From Acidobacteriota bacterium (lineage in GTDB: Bacteria; Acidobacteriota; Polarisedimenticolia; Polarisedimenticolales; JBBIHH01): 64,000 nt of DNA. The notes below the pieces were generated by a model. The model was not told where the DNA came from, did not search any database, and saw only the letters and a list, made by a program, of their open reading frames with translations. The stretch spans positions 18,772 through 82,771 of the forward strand of contig JBBIHH010000013.1 of NCBI GenBank assembly GCA_037447115.1, given 5' to 3'. Positions 43,995 to 51,940 of the stretch are shown here, in pieces (the first letter of the stretch is position 1; the number at the start of each line of letters is the position of its first letter). A program made the translations under genes and the position numbers.

Positions 43995-45017
43995 ATGCAT
44001 CGGGGGTGGATCGCGCTCGGGATGGGGGCGGTTCTCGCCGCTGCCTCGGTCCCCTCGGGGGCTCAAGCCGGCCACACGCTGCAGCTACCCACGGACGCGC
44101 TCGTGGCCCCGGGGCAGCCGCCCAGTCTCGTGTTGCTCTACACGGGCAACGTGATCGGGTATCTCGAGCCCTGCGGCTGAAAGAACAACCCCTCGGGGGG
44201 CCTGGCCCGGCGGGCTTGGCTGACACAGCAGATCCGACAGCAACTCGGCGGCGCTCCGGTGGTGTGGTTCGACCTCGGCAACTTCTGGGACAATCCCACC
44301 TCGGACGGCCTCGCCAAAACCGAGGGGCTGGTCGAGGCCATGAACCGGCTGGGCTATGCGGCGGCGAACGTGGGCGAGCGCGATCTCGTCCTGGGTTACG
44401 ACGAGTTCGTGGCCCGCACGGCGAAGGCCAGTTTCCCCTTCGTTTCGGCCAACATCGTGCGCGAGGACACCAAGGCCCCGGTGTTCGCCCCGTACACGGT
44501 CCTGGAGGTGCCGGGCCGCGCGGGACAGAAGTGGCGCCTGGGCGTGCTCGGTCTCGTGCGCTTCAACCCCGTGTTCCTCAAGGCGGGGCCCGAGAAAAGC
44601 AACCTCGTTATCGTGCCGCCCCTCGACGCGGCGCGGCGTTACGTGCCCGAGCTGCGCGAGCGGAGCGATCTCGTCGTCGTGTTGGCGGCGCTCCATCGCG
44701 ACGACGCGCACGTGATCGCGCGAGAGGTTCCAGGCATCGACCTCGTTTTGGGCAGCTACGGGGCCATCTACTCCTCGGCGATGGACACGGAGGGCGGCGT
44801 GCCGATCCTCTATGCGGGCCACCAGGGCCAGCGCGTCGGCGAAACGCGGATCTTCCTCGATGCGGGAAGCAAGCTTTCGGGCAGCGTGTCGTTCCTGCAC
44901 ACGCTGACAGCCCGCTATCCTTCCGATCCCGAAATGGAGCGCTTCGTCGGTGGGATCCTGTCGCGCCTGGCCGGCGCCGCCGCGCCCGCTGCGAGCTCGA
45001 CGGGCGGGGGGACGTGA
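43995..45017 (+). CDS. Secreted UshA/5'-nucleotidase-like probable selenoprotein (340 aa, TGA at codon 62, C-G-U motif)
   Basis: GGAGG RBS and signal peptide. ORFs 43995-44180 and 44259-45017 share a frame and are separated only by TGA 44178-44180. The joined sequence LLYTGNVIGYLEPCG-U-KNNPSGGLARR...FDLGNF...NVGERD...FVSANI is a continuous metallophosphoesterase-type N-terminal domain. Confidence 0.85.
44181..44216 (+). promoter_or_regulatory. Candidate bacterial SECIS-like hairpin
   Basis: A-rich spacer after the TGA, then CTCG(44192-95)/CGGG(44211-14) enclosing GGGC-CTG-GCCC (44198-44208). An alternative CCCC-TCG-GGGG hairpin is possible. Folded by eye only. Confidence 0.4.
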
Positions 45018-45472
45018 GGCGCGGCGCCGGCGGCCGCATCCTGGCCCTCGATCTCGGCGCGCGCCGTATCGGGCTGGCCCTTTCCGACTCCCTCGGCTGG
45101 ACGGCGCAGCCCCTCGGCGTGCTCGTGCGAGGCAAGCTGCGCGAGGATCTGGACCAGCTGCGGGAACTCGTGCGCAGGCACGGGGTGGGCTGCGTCGTCG
45201 TCGGGCGTCCCCTGCTGCTGTCGGGCGAGGCAGGTGCGCAAGCGCGCCGCAGCGAGGCCTTCGCCGAGAGACTCGGCCAGGCGCTGCCCGGCGTGCAGAT
45301 CGAGCTGTGGGACGAGCGCTGGACGAGCGCGGAGGCAGAGCGCCTGCTGCGCGCCGCGGGCGTGGCGCGCGGGCGTCGTCGCGAGCGCGTGGACACGCTG
45401 GCCGCGGTGCTGATCCTCGAGAGCTTCATGGCCGCACGGCCGTCGCGCCGCACCGCAAGCGAGGAGGATTGA
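45014..45472 (+). CDS. ruvX: RuvX/YqgF pre-16S rRNA nuclease
   Basis: LALDLGARRIGLALSD, VVGRP, DERWTS, DTLAAVLIL. Confidence 0.93.
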   Translation: MRRGAGGRILALDLGARRIGLALSDSLGWTAQPLGVLVRGKLREDLDQLRELVRRHGVGCVVVGRPLLLSGEAGAQARRSEAFAERLGQALPGVQIELWDERWTSAEAERLLRAAGVARGRRRERVDTLAAVLILESFMAARPSRRTASEED

Positions 45473-45478
45473 GGCGGC

Positions 45479-46510
45479 ATGGGGCGACGGCTCGGCTGGC
45501 TGCTCGCATCCGCCGCCGCCGCCGCGGGGGCGCTCGTCATCGTGGGCGGGCTGTGGGTCTACACGGAGCTGCGCGCACCGTATCTCGGGTGGGAGGGGGA
45601 GGCGGCGGTGGTCGAGATCCCGCGCGGGTGCCCTGCGGGGCAAGCGCTCCGACGGCTGGGCCAGGCCGGTGTGATCCGCGCTCCGGGGCTCGTGCGCCTG
45701 TGGGTCGTGCTGCGGGGCGGCGCGACGCGACTTCAGGCGGGAGAGTACCGGTTCGATCGCGCCCACACGCCCCTCGAGGTCCTGCGCCGGCTGGAGCAGG
45801 GCGAGGTGTGGCTGCATCCCGTGACGGTTCCCGAGGGCTTGAGCCTGGAGGAAACCGCGGTGCGGCTGGCGGAGGCAGGCTTCGGCTCGGTCGAGGCCCT
45901 GCGGGAGGCTTTCGCAGACCCCGATCCCATCCGGGTCTTCGATCCCGACGCACCCGATCTCGAGGGGTATCTCTTCCCCGACACGTACCATTTCCCCCGG
46001 GGCGTCGCACCCCAGGAAGTGGCGCGCGCCATGGCGCGCCGCTTCCTCGAGGTGGTGGGCGATGACTATCGGGTTCGGGTAGCACGATTGGGCTTGACAG
46101 CGAGGCAGGCCGTCACGCTCGCTTCCATGATCGAGAAGGAGACCTCCGTCGCCGAGGAACGGCGCCGCGTCAGCCGTGTCTTTCACAACCGGCTGGCCCG
46201 CGGGATGCGTCTCGAGTGCGATCCCACGGTGCTCTATGCGCTCGAGCGCGAGGGTCGTCCCGTGGGACGGCTCCTCTACGCCCATCTGGAGTTCGACTCC
46301 CCGTGGAACACGTACCGCATCACCGGGCTGCCCCCCGGGCCGATCTGCAGCCCGGGACGGGAAAGCCTCGAGGCTGCCGCCGATCCCGAGCCGGGCGACT
46401 GGCTTTACTTCGTGGCCTCGCCGGGGGGCGGGCACCGCTTCTCGCGCGACCTGGAGGAGCACCAACGTGCCGTGCAGCTTTGGCGCGAGTACCGGCGCTC
46501 GCGCCCCTGA
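45479..46510 (+). CDS. mltG: Endolytic transglycosylase
   Basis: LEGYLFPDTY, ASMIEKE, SPWNTY..GLPPGPI, LYFVA. Confidence 0.95.
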   Translation: MGRRLGWLLASAAAAAGALVIVGGLWVYTELRAPYLGWEGEAAVVEIPRGCPAGQALRRLGQAGVIRAPGLVRLWVVLRGGATRLQAGEYRFDRAHTPLEVLRRLEQGEVWLHPVTVPEGLSLEETAVRLAEAGFGSVEALREAFADPDPIRVFDPDAPDLEGYLFPDTYHFPRGVAPQEVARAMARRFLEVVGDDYRVRVARLGLTARQAVTLASMIEKETSVAEERRRVSRVFHNRLARGMRLECDPTVLYALEREGRPVGRLLYAHLEFDSPWNTYRITGLPPGPICSPGRESLEAAADPEPGDWLYFVASPGGGHRFSRDLEEHQRAVQLWREYRRSRP

Positions 46511-46517
46511 GGAAGGC

Positions 46518-46727
46518 TCACTCGATCGGCCGGCTCAGGTCGATGCCGTGAAAGTTTATCTCCCGCCGACGGTGTTGATCGCTGAGGCGCTCGTTGATGA
46601 TCCCGAACTCGTTGATTTCCCCGCGCAGGAGCGCTTCGTAGTGAAACTTGCAGAAGCCTTCGAGGTAGACCGGATCCTGGCAGAAGCGGGCGCCTCCGTA
46701 GCTCGAGCGGAACTTGCAGTGATCCAC
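46518..46727 (-). CDS. Small protein (69 aa) with putative zinc-binding C-x11-C-x9-C-x2-H motif
   Basis: GGAGG RBS before GTG; TATAAT at 46779-46784 on the minus strand; composition unlike the GC-shadow ORFs. Confidence 0.75.
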   Translation of the reverse strand: MDHCKFRSSYGGARFCQDPVYLEGFCKFHYEALLRGEINEFGIINERLSDQHRRREINFHGIDLSRPIE

Positions 46728-47189
46728 GCCACCCTCCGGACCTCGCGCTCGCCACAAGCGACCGCTGCCCAGGACGGGATTATAGCCCGCCGCCGTTTAC
46801 GTTTCCGTCGTTCGTCGCTCCACAGTGGGTATCGCGGGGCGCGACTTCGGGGTATACCCCCGTGCGAATCCGCTACCCGCGGCTTGCCCGGGCACTGGCC
46901 GAGTCCTTGCTTGCTCTAGGGCTCGCGACCCCCTCGCCCCGGGCGATGGCCCGGGTTGGAGGCCGCTTCTGCGAGCGGCCTTCGCGAGACCGGGCCGGCT
47001 CGCAAGCGCGGGGCACTGCCTCTTCCCCTCGCAGGAGTGCAGCCCCTCCCTCCCACGGGGCTCCGCGTTGTGCGCCGGCCCGGTCCTCGGTTCGAAGCTT
47101 GCGCGAGGCATCCCAGGCGTGGAAGCGCGGGAGCGGGAGAGACTCCCTGCGCGGGTGCACCCGCGCGGGGTGAGGCTAGAATGCGCGCC

Positions 47190-47528
47190 GTGGGACGGGT
47201 GCGACGCCGCGGGGACTGGCGCACGCTGGGCGAAGGCATCGAGCCAGAAGCTTGGCTGTCGCGAGGGCGGGCGCGCGACCTGCGCCTGGCGCTGGCGTGG
47301 ACGGCAGCCGCGGGCGAGCGCGCGCGCTGCGCGCGGAGGGTCGAGCTGCGGCGCGGCACGCTGGAGCTCGAGGCCGAGGACGCCGCGAGCTTCGATGCGC
47401 TCGCGTCAGCCCTGCCGGAGATCGTGGCGCGACTGGCGGAGCAGCGTCCCGAGTTGGGGGTTCGTGCCTACCGGCTGCGCGATGGGTCGCGGGAGCGGCG
47501 CGCGCGCGTTGACCCGTGCGAGGGCTGA
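47190..47528 (+). CDS. DUF721/DciA-like protein
   Basis: Pattern W...AG...A...RRGTLELEA..LPEIVARL resembles DciA; alternative ATG at 47181. Confidence 0.6.
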   Translation: MGRVRRRGDWRTLGEGIEPEAWLSRGRARDLRLALAWTAAAGERARCARRVELRRGTLELEAEDAASFDALASALPEIVARLAEQRPELGVRAYRLRDGSRERRARVDPCEG

Positions 47529-47537
47529 CCGTATGCT
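47509..47537 (+). promoter_or_regulatory. Sigma70-type promoter for the ABC operon
   Basis: TTGACC-17 nt-TATGCT. Confidence 0.6.
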
Positions 47538-47627
47538 TACGCACCACCTGCCTGTGCCCTGCGCGAGCCGGAGCGCGCCGGCGGGGCGGGATTCCCCGAG
47601 GTAGGGCCCGAGCGGCGGGGTCGCCCG

Positions 47628-48566
47628 GTGATCGAAGTCCGCGATCTGTGCAAGCGTTACGGGCAGCATGTCGCGGTGGAGGGGGTCTCCTTCCATGTGG
47701 CGCAGGGCGAGATCCTGGGTTTCCTCGGGCCCAACGGCGCGGGGAAAACCACGACGATGCGCATCATCACGGGGTTCCTGCCTCCGAGCTCCGGCACGGT
47801 GCTCGTCGAGGGGTGGGACGTCGCGCGCCACCCCCTGGAGGTCAAGCGCCGCATCGGTTACCTGTGCGAGGCGCCGCCGGTCTACCGCGAGATGGTCGTG
47901 CGCAGCTACCTCCACTTCGTGGCCCGGATCAAGGGTGTCGCCGCGTCCGCACGGTCGCGACTCGTGGAGCAGGCCATCGAGCGCTGCGGACTGCAGGAGG
48001 TGGCGCACCGGGTCGTCGGGCACCTGTCGAAGGGCTACCGGCAACGGGTCGGCCTGGCGCAAGCCATCCTGCACGAGCCCCCGGTGCTGATCCTGGACGA
48101 ACCCACCGTGGGTCTCGACCCGCGCCAGATCACGGAGATCCGCCAGCTGATCCGGCAGCTCGGGGCCGAACGCACGGTCATCCTCTCCACGCACATCCTC
48201 CCGGAGGTCACGATGACCTGTTCCCGCGTGCTGATCATCAACCAGGGACGGGTCGTGGCGGAGGATTCCATCGAGAACCTCACCACGGGGCTCGAACGGC
48301 AGGAGACCCTGCGGCTCACCGTGGCCCGGCACGACGAAGCGCTGCCGGCGCGCCTGCGGGAGCTGGCGGGTGTGCTGGCGGTGCAACCCGAAGGGGCCGG
48401 CGTCTTGCGGCTGCGCCTGGAGAAGCGGCCCGGACTGCGCGAGGCCGTGGCGGCGGCGGTGGTGGAGAGCGGGGCCGGGTTGCGCGAGCTGACGCCGCTG
48501 GCGGCGAGTCTCGAGGAGGTGTTCCTGCAGCTCGTCACGGACGAGACGGCGGAGGCGGTGGCTTGA
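47628..48566 (+). CDS. ABC transporter ATP-binding protein (GldA-like)
   Basis: GPNGAGKTT, LSKGYRQR, ILDEPT, STH. Confidence 0.93.
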   Translation: MIEVRDLCKRYGQHVAVEGVSFHVAQGEILGFLGPNGAGKTTTMRIITGFLPPSSGTVLVEGWDVARHPLEVKRRIGYLCEAPPVYREMVVRSYLHFVARIKGVAASARSRLVEQAIERCGLQEVAHRVVGHLSKGYRQRVGLAQAILHEPPVLILDEPTVGLDPRQITEIRQLIRQLGAERTVILSTHILPEVTMTCSRVLIINQGRVVAEDSIENLTTGLERQETLRLTVARHDEALPARLRELAGVLAVQPEGAGVLRLRLEKRPGLREAVAAAVVESGAGLRELTPLAASLEEVFLQLVTDETAEAVA

Positions 48567-49318
48567 GCGTCGTGTGGGCGATCCTCCGCCGGGAGATCCA
48601 GAGTTACTTCGTTTCCCCCATCGCCTACACCGTGATCGTGGGTTTTCTCGCGGTCTCCGGGTTCTTCACCAGCGACACCGTGCGCGCGTACGCCGCCCGC
48701 TCGCCCGAGGACTTCCTGCTGCTCGAAATCACCGCCCAGGCGGCCGTCATCGGACGCGTCGCCATGTGGCAGAGCGTCGCCGTGTTGATGTCGCTCCCGC
48801 TGTTGGCGATGCGGTTGCTCAGCGAGGAGCGAAAGGCCGGCACGATCGAACTCCTGCTCACCTCCCCGCTGACGACCCCGCAGCTCGTGCTCGGCAAATA
48901 CCTGGGCGCCCTGGCGGTCTACGCGGCGATGCTCGTCCTCGGCACGCCGTACTTGCTGTGGCTCGGCCGCCGGGTGGCCCTGGAATGGGGCGCGGTGGGC
49001 ATGACGTATCTGGGACTGTGGCTGTTCGGCGGCGTCGTGCTGGCGATCGGCCTGTTCGCCTCGGCGTTGACGGAGAACCAGATCGTCGCCGCGGTGCTGA
49101 CTTACCCGATGGTCCTGCCCTTCGTTTTCCTGGACCTGTTGCTGCCCTTCGTTTCTACCGAGACGGCGGACTGGCTCACGGGCTTCTCCCTCAGCGCGGC
49201 CTTCGCCACCTTCGCGCGGGGGGCGCTGGACACGCACGCGCTGGTGTTGCACGCGACGCTCGTGGCGCTCTTCCTCTTCCTCGCCGCGCAGGTCCTCGAC
49301 TCCGCCCGCTGGAGATGA
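48563..49318 (+). CDS. ABC-2 permease (GldF-like)
   Basis: REIQSYFVSPIAY, MRLLSEERKAGTIELLLT, ENQIVAA. Confidence 0.9.
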   Translation: MSVVWAILRREIQSYFVSPIAYTVIVGFLAVSGFFTSDTVRAYAARSPEDFLLLEITAQAAVIGRVAMWQSVAVLMSLPLLAMRLLSEERKAGTIELLLTSPLTTPQLVLGKYLGALAVYAAMLVLGTPYLLWLGRRVALEWGAVGMTYLGLWLFGGVVLAIGLFASALTENQIVAAVLTYPMVLPFVFLDLLLPFVSTETADWLTGFSLSAAFATFARGALDTHALVLHATLVALFLFLAAQVLDSARWR

Positions 49319-50691
49319 TGATGGCGACGGGTTCGTGGCTCTCCACCGGGGCCGCCAGCTCCCGCTCCCGTCGCCGCGCGGACGGAATCGCGCAGGCGCT
49401 CTACACGGGGCTCGTCGTCGTGGCGTGCCTGCTCGTGATCGCCCTTTCCACGAAACTGCGCCACCGCATGGATCTCTCCCTCAGCGGCGGCAACACGCTC
49501 TCGCCCCAGACGCTCGGCGTCCTGGAGCGCCTCGAGGAGGACGTCTGGATCTACCCGTTGTTCACCCGCCAGCACCCCGACCGCGAGCGCTACTGGTTTT
49601 TGCTCCAGCTCTACCGGGAGGCGTCGCCGCGCGTGCGGGTGGAGTTCATCGATCCCGTGGCGCAGCCGGGTGCGGTGCGGGGCCTGGGGCTCGATCCGTC
49701 GGAGGACAACGCGCGCCGGGACGGCACGACCGTCGTCGTACGCGGCGAGGTGCGCCGGGTTTTCTTCGGGGTTTCGGAGGAGGCCGTGACCAACGCCATC
49801 CTCGACGCGGGCGCGACGGCGCGCCGGGTGGTGGCCTTCCTGCGCGGTTACGGGGAGCGCGATCCGGAGTCGTCGCTGCCCGCGGGGATGGCGCACGCCG
49901 CCCGCGCCATGCGCGAGGAATACTACCAGCTCGGGGAGCTGGATCTGGCGCAGCCGATCCCGCCCGAGGTCACGCTCGTCGTGGCCGCGGGTCTGCGGCT
50001 CCCCCTGCCCCCCGAGCACCGCGCCGAGCTCGCCGCGTATCTCGAGCGGGGTGGGCGCCTGCTGGTCCTCGCGGACCCCGGTGTCGACGCGGGTCTGGGA
50101 GAGATTCTGGAGCGCTGGGGTGTGCGCGCGACGGGAGAGCTCCTGGTGGAGCCCCGAGCCAACGTGAACAACGACCGCCAGTTCTTGCGCGTGCTGCACT
50201 ACACGGACCATCCGGTCGTGCGGGGCTTTGGCGGGGGGTTCCGCATCGGGTTGCCGGTGGCGACGGTGGTGGAGCACTTCGAGCCCGGCGATCCGCTCGT
50301 CTTCCATCAAGCCCTGGCGCGCACGACGGAGTTCGCCATCGCCCGCGCCCTCGACGGCTCCAGACGGCAGGGACCCTTCGCCGTCGCCGTGGCCTCGTGG
50401 CGGCGGGAGGAAGAAACGGGTCGCGAGACGCGGGTGATCCTCGTGGGGGACAGCGACTTCGCCACGAACCAGTACCTGGCCTACGGGGCCAACCGCAACT
50501 TTCTCCTCAACTGCCTGGGGTGGCTCAGCCGCGAACAGGCCCTGGTGACCCTGCGGCGCGAGCCGCTGGCGAACCAGCAGCTCGAGCTCGCCCCCGGGGA
50601 CGGAGTGCGCTTGCTCCTCGCGGCCTACGGGGCGCCCCTCGCCGTCGCGCTCGCCGGTGTGGCGATGTTCTTCGCGCGCCGGAGGCTGTGA
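49315..50691 (+). CDS. GldG-family ABC auxiliary component
   Basis: DLS...TLSPQT, YLERGGRLL, GDSDF..NRNFLLNCLGWL; TM at both ends. Confidence 0.85.
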   Translation: MMMATGSWLSTGAASSRSRRRADGIAQALYTGLVVVACLLVIALSTKLRHRMDLSLSGGNTLSPQTLGVLERLEEDVWIYPLFTRQHPDRERYWFLLQLYREASPRVRVEFIDPVAQPGAVRGLGLDPSEDNARRDGTTVVVRGEVRRVFFGVSEEAVTNAILDAGATARRVVAFLRGYGERDPESSLPAGMAHAARAMREEYYQLGELDLAQPIPPEVTLVVAAGLRLPLPPEHRAELAAYLERGGRLLVLADPGVDAGLGEILERWGVRATGELLVEPRANVNNDRQFLRVLHYTDHPVVRGFGGGFRIGLPVATVVEHFEPGDPLVFHQALARTTEFAIARALDGSRRQGPFAVAVASWRREEETGRETRVILVGDSDFATNQYLAYGANRNFLLNCLGWLSREQALVTLRREPLANQQLELAPGDGVRLLLAAYGAPLAVALAGVAMFFARRRL

Positions 50692-51933
50692 GTGCGGCGC
50701 CTGCTGGTCGCCCTGCTGCTCGTCGCCGTCCTGGCTGGCGCGCTGTGGCTGGTGCGGCAGCGGGAGGCGCGGACAGCCCGGCTGGAACGCGCGCAGGCAC
50801 GGTTGCTTGCCTTCGACGACCGTGCGGTCGAGGGCCTCGAACTCGAGGTCGCAGGGCGCGGTCTGTGGCGCTTCGAGCGGCAGGACGAAGGATGGCGCGT
50901 CGTCGCGCCGGTGCAGGACCTGGCCGCCGACGGGGCGATCAGCAGTCTGCTGTTCGCGTTGCGGGCCGTTCCCGTGACGCGCGTCATCGAAGTGCCCGAA
51001 TCGCTCGGGGAGTACGGGCTCGATCCCCCGCAGGTCCGGTTGCGGCTGCAGGGTGTCGCGGTCCCGCCGCTCGATCTCGGGATGCGCACCCCGACCGGCG
51101 ACGGCCTCTTCGCCCGCGATCCCCGGCGCAAGGGCGTGCTGGTGTTGGGCGATCTCGGCGGTGCGGGAGCCCATCTGCTCGGGCCGTTCCCCGAGAGCTT
51201 GCGCGAGCGCCGCCTGCTCGATGTCCCAGTGACGCAGATCGACGCCTTGGAGATCGAGCCGGCGAGCGGGCCTGTGACGCTGGAGCGGCGCGCCGATGGC
51301 TGGTGGTTGACGCGACCGCACGCACTTCCCGCCTCGGAACGGGTGGTGGGGGAGGTGCTTCAGATTCTCGCGCGCGCGGAGGTGGTGGCCTTCGAGGACG
51401 AAGCTGGCGCCGAGGCCGCCGCGGACGCGGGCGTGCGGGTGCGCGTGAAGGCGGCGGGTCGAGCGCGCGAGTTCGTCTGCGCCGCGCGCCCCGACGGAAG
51501 CTTCGCCGTCCGCACGCCCCACCGCCAGCCGCTGCTGGTGGTGGCCCTGGGGGCCGATCCGCGCTCGTGGGAGGCCGCGATCTTCGGCCCGGAAACACTG
51601 TGGCGAGTCAACCGCTATGCGGTCCAGGAGGTGCGCTACGCCTGGGGCGCGCGCCATTTCGCGGCCCGGCGCGAGAATGACCGCTGGCGGAGCGCGGACG
51701 GCCGGGAACTCGAGGAACAAGAGGTCTACACGCTACTGGCGCGGCTGTTCGACTTGCCCGTCCGCGGATGGGAAGTGGGTTCGCGGGAGGGCGCGCTTCG
51801 AGGGAGCCTGTGGTTTCGGCTCGAGGACGGCGGGGAGGGCCGGGCCTTGCTGTTCGAGGGGGGGCGCGCGGCGCGCGACGACGTGCCCGGGATCGTGTTC
51901 CATCTGGGCGCGACCCCGCCACCGCCGCCGTGA
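50692..51933 (+). CDS. DUF4340-domain protein
   Basis: N-terminal TM anchor, LGEYGLDPP, repeated W-containing beta motifs; typical position after GldG. Confidence 0.75.
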   Translation: MRRLLVALLLVAVLAGALWLVRQREARTARLERAQARLLAFDDRAVEGLELEVAGRGLWRFERQDEGWRVVAPVQDLAADGAISSLLFALRAVPVTRVIEVPESLGEYGLDPPQVRLRLQGVAVPPLDLGMRTPTGDGLFARDPRRKGVLVLGDLGGAGAHLLGPFPESLRERRLLDVPVTQIDALEIEPASGPVTLERRADGWWLTRPHALPASERVVGEVLQILARAEVVAFEDEAGAEAAADAGVRVRVKAAGRAREFVCAARPDGSFAVRTPHRQPLLVVALGADPRSWEAAIFGPETLWRVNRYAVQEVRYAWGARHFAARRENDRWRSADGRELEEQEVYTLLARLFDLPVRGWEVGSREGALRGSLWFRLEDGGEGRALLFEGGRAARDDVPGIVFHLGATPPPPP

Positions 51934-51940
51934 GGCGGCG

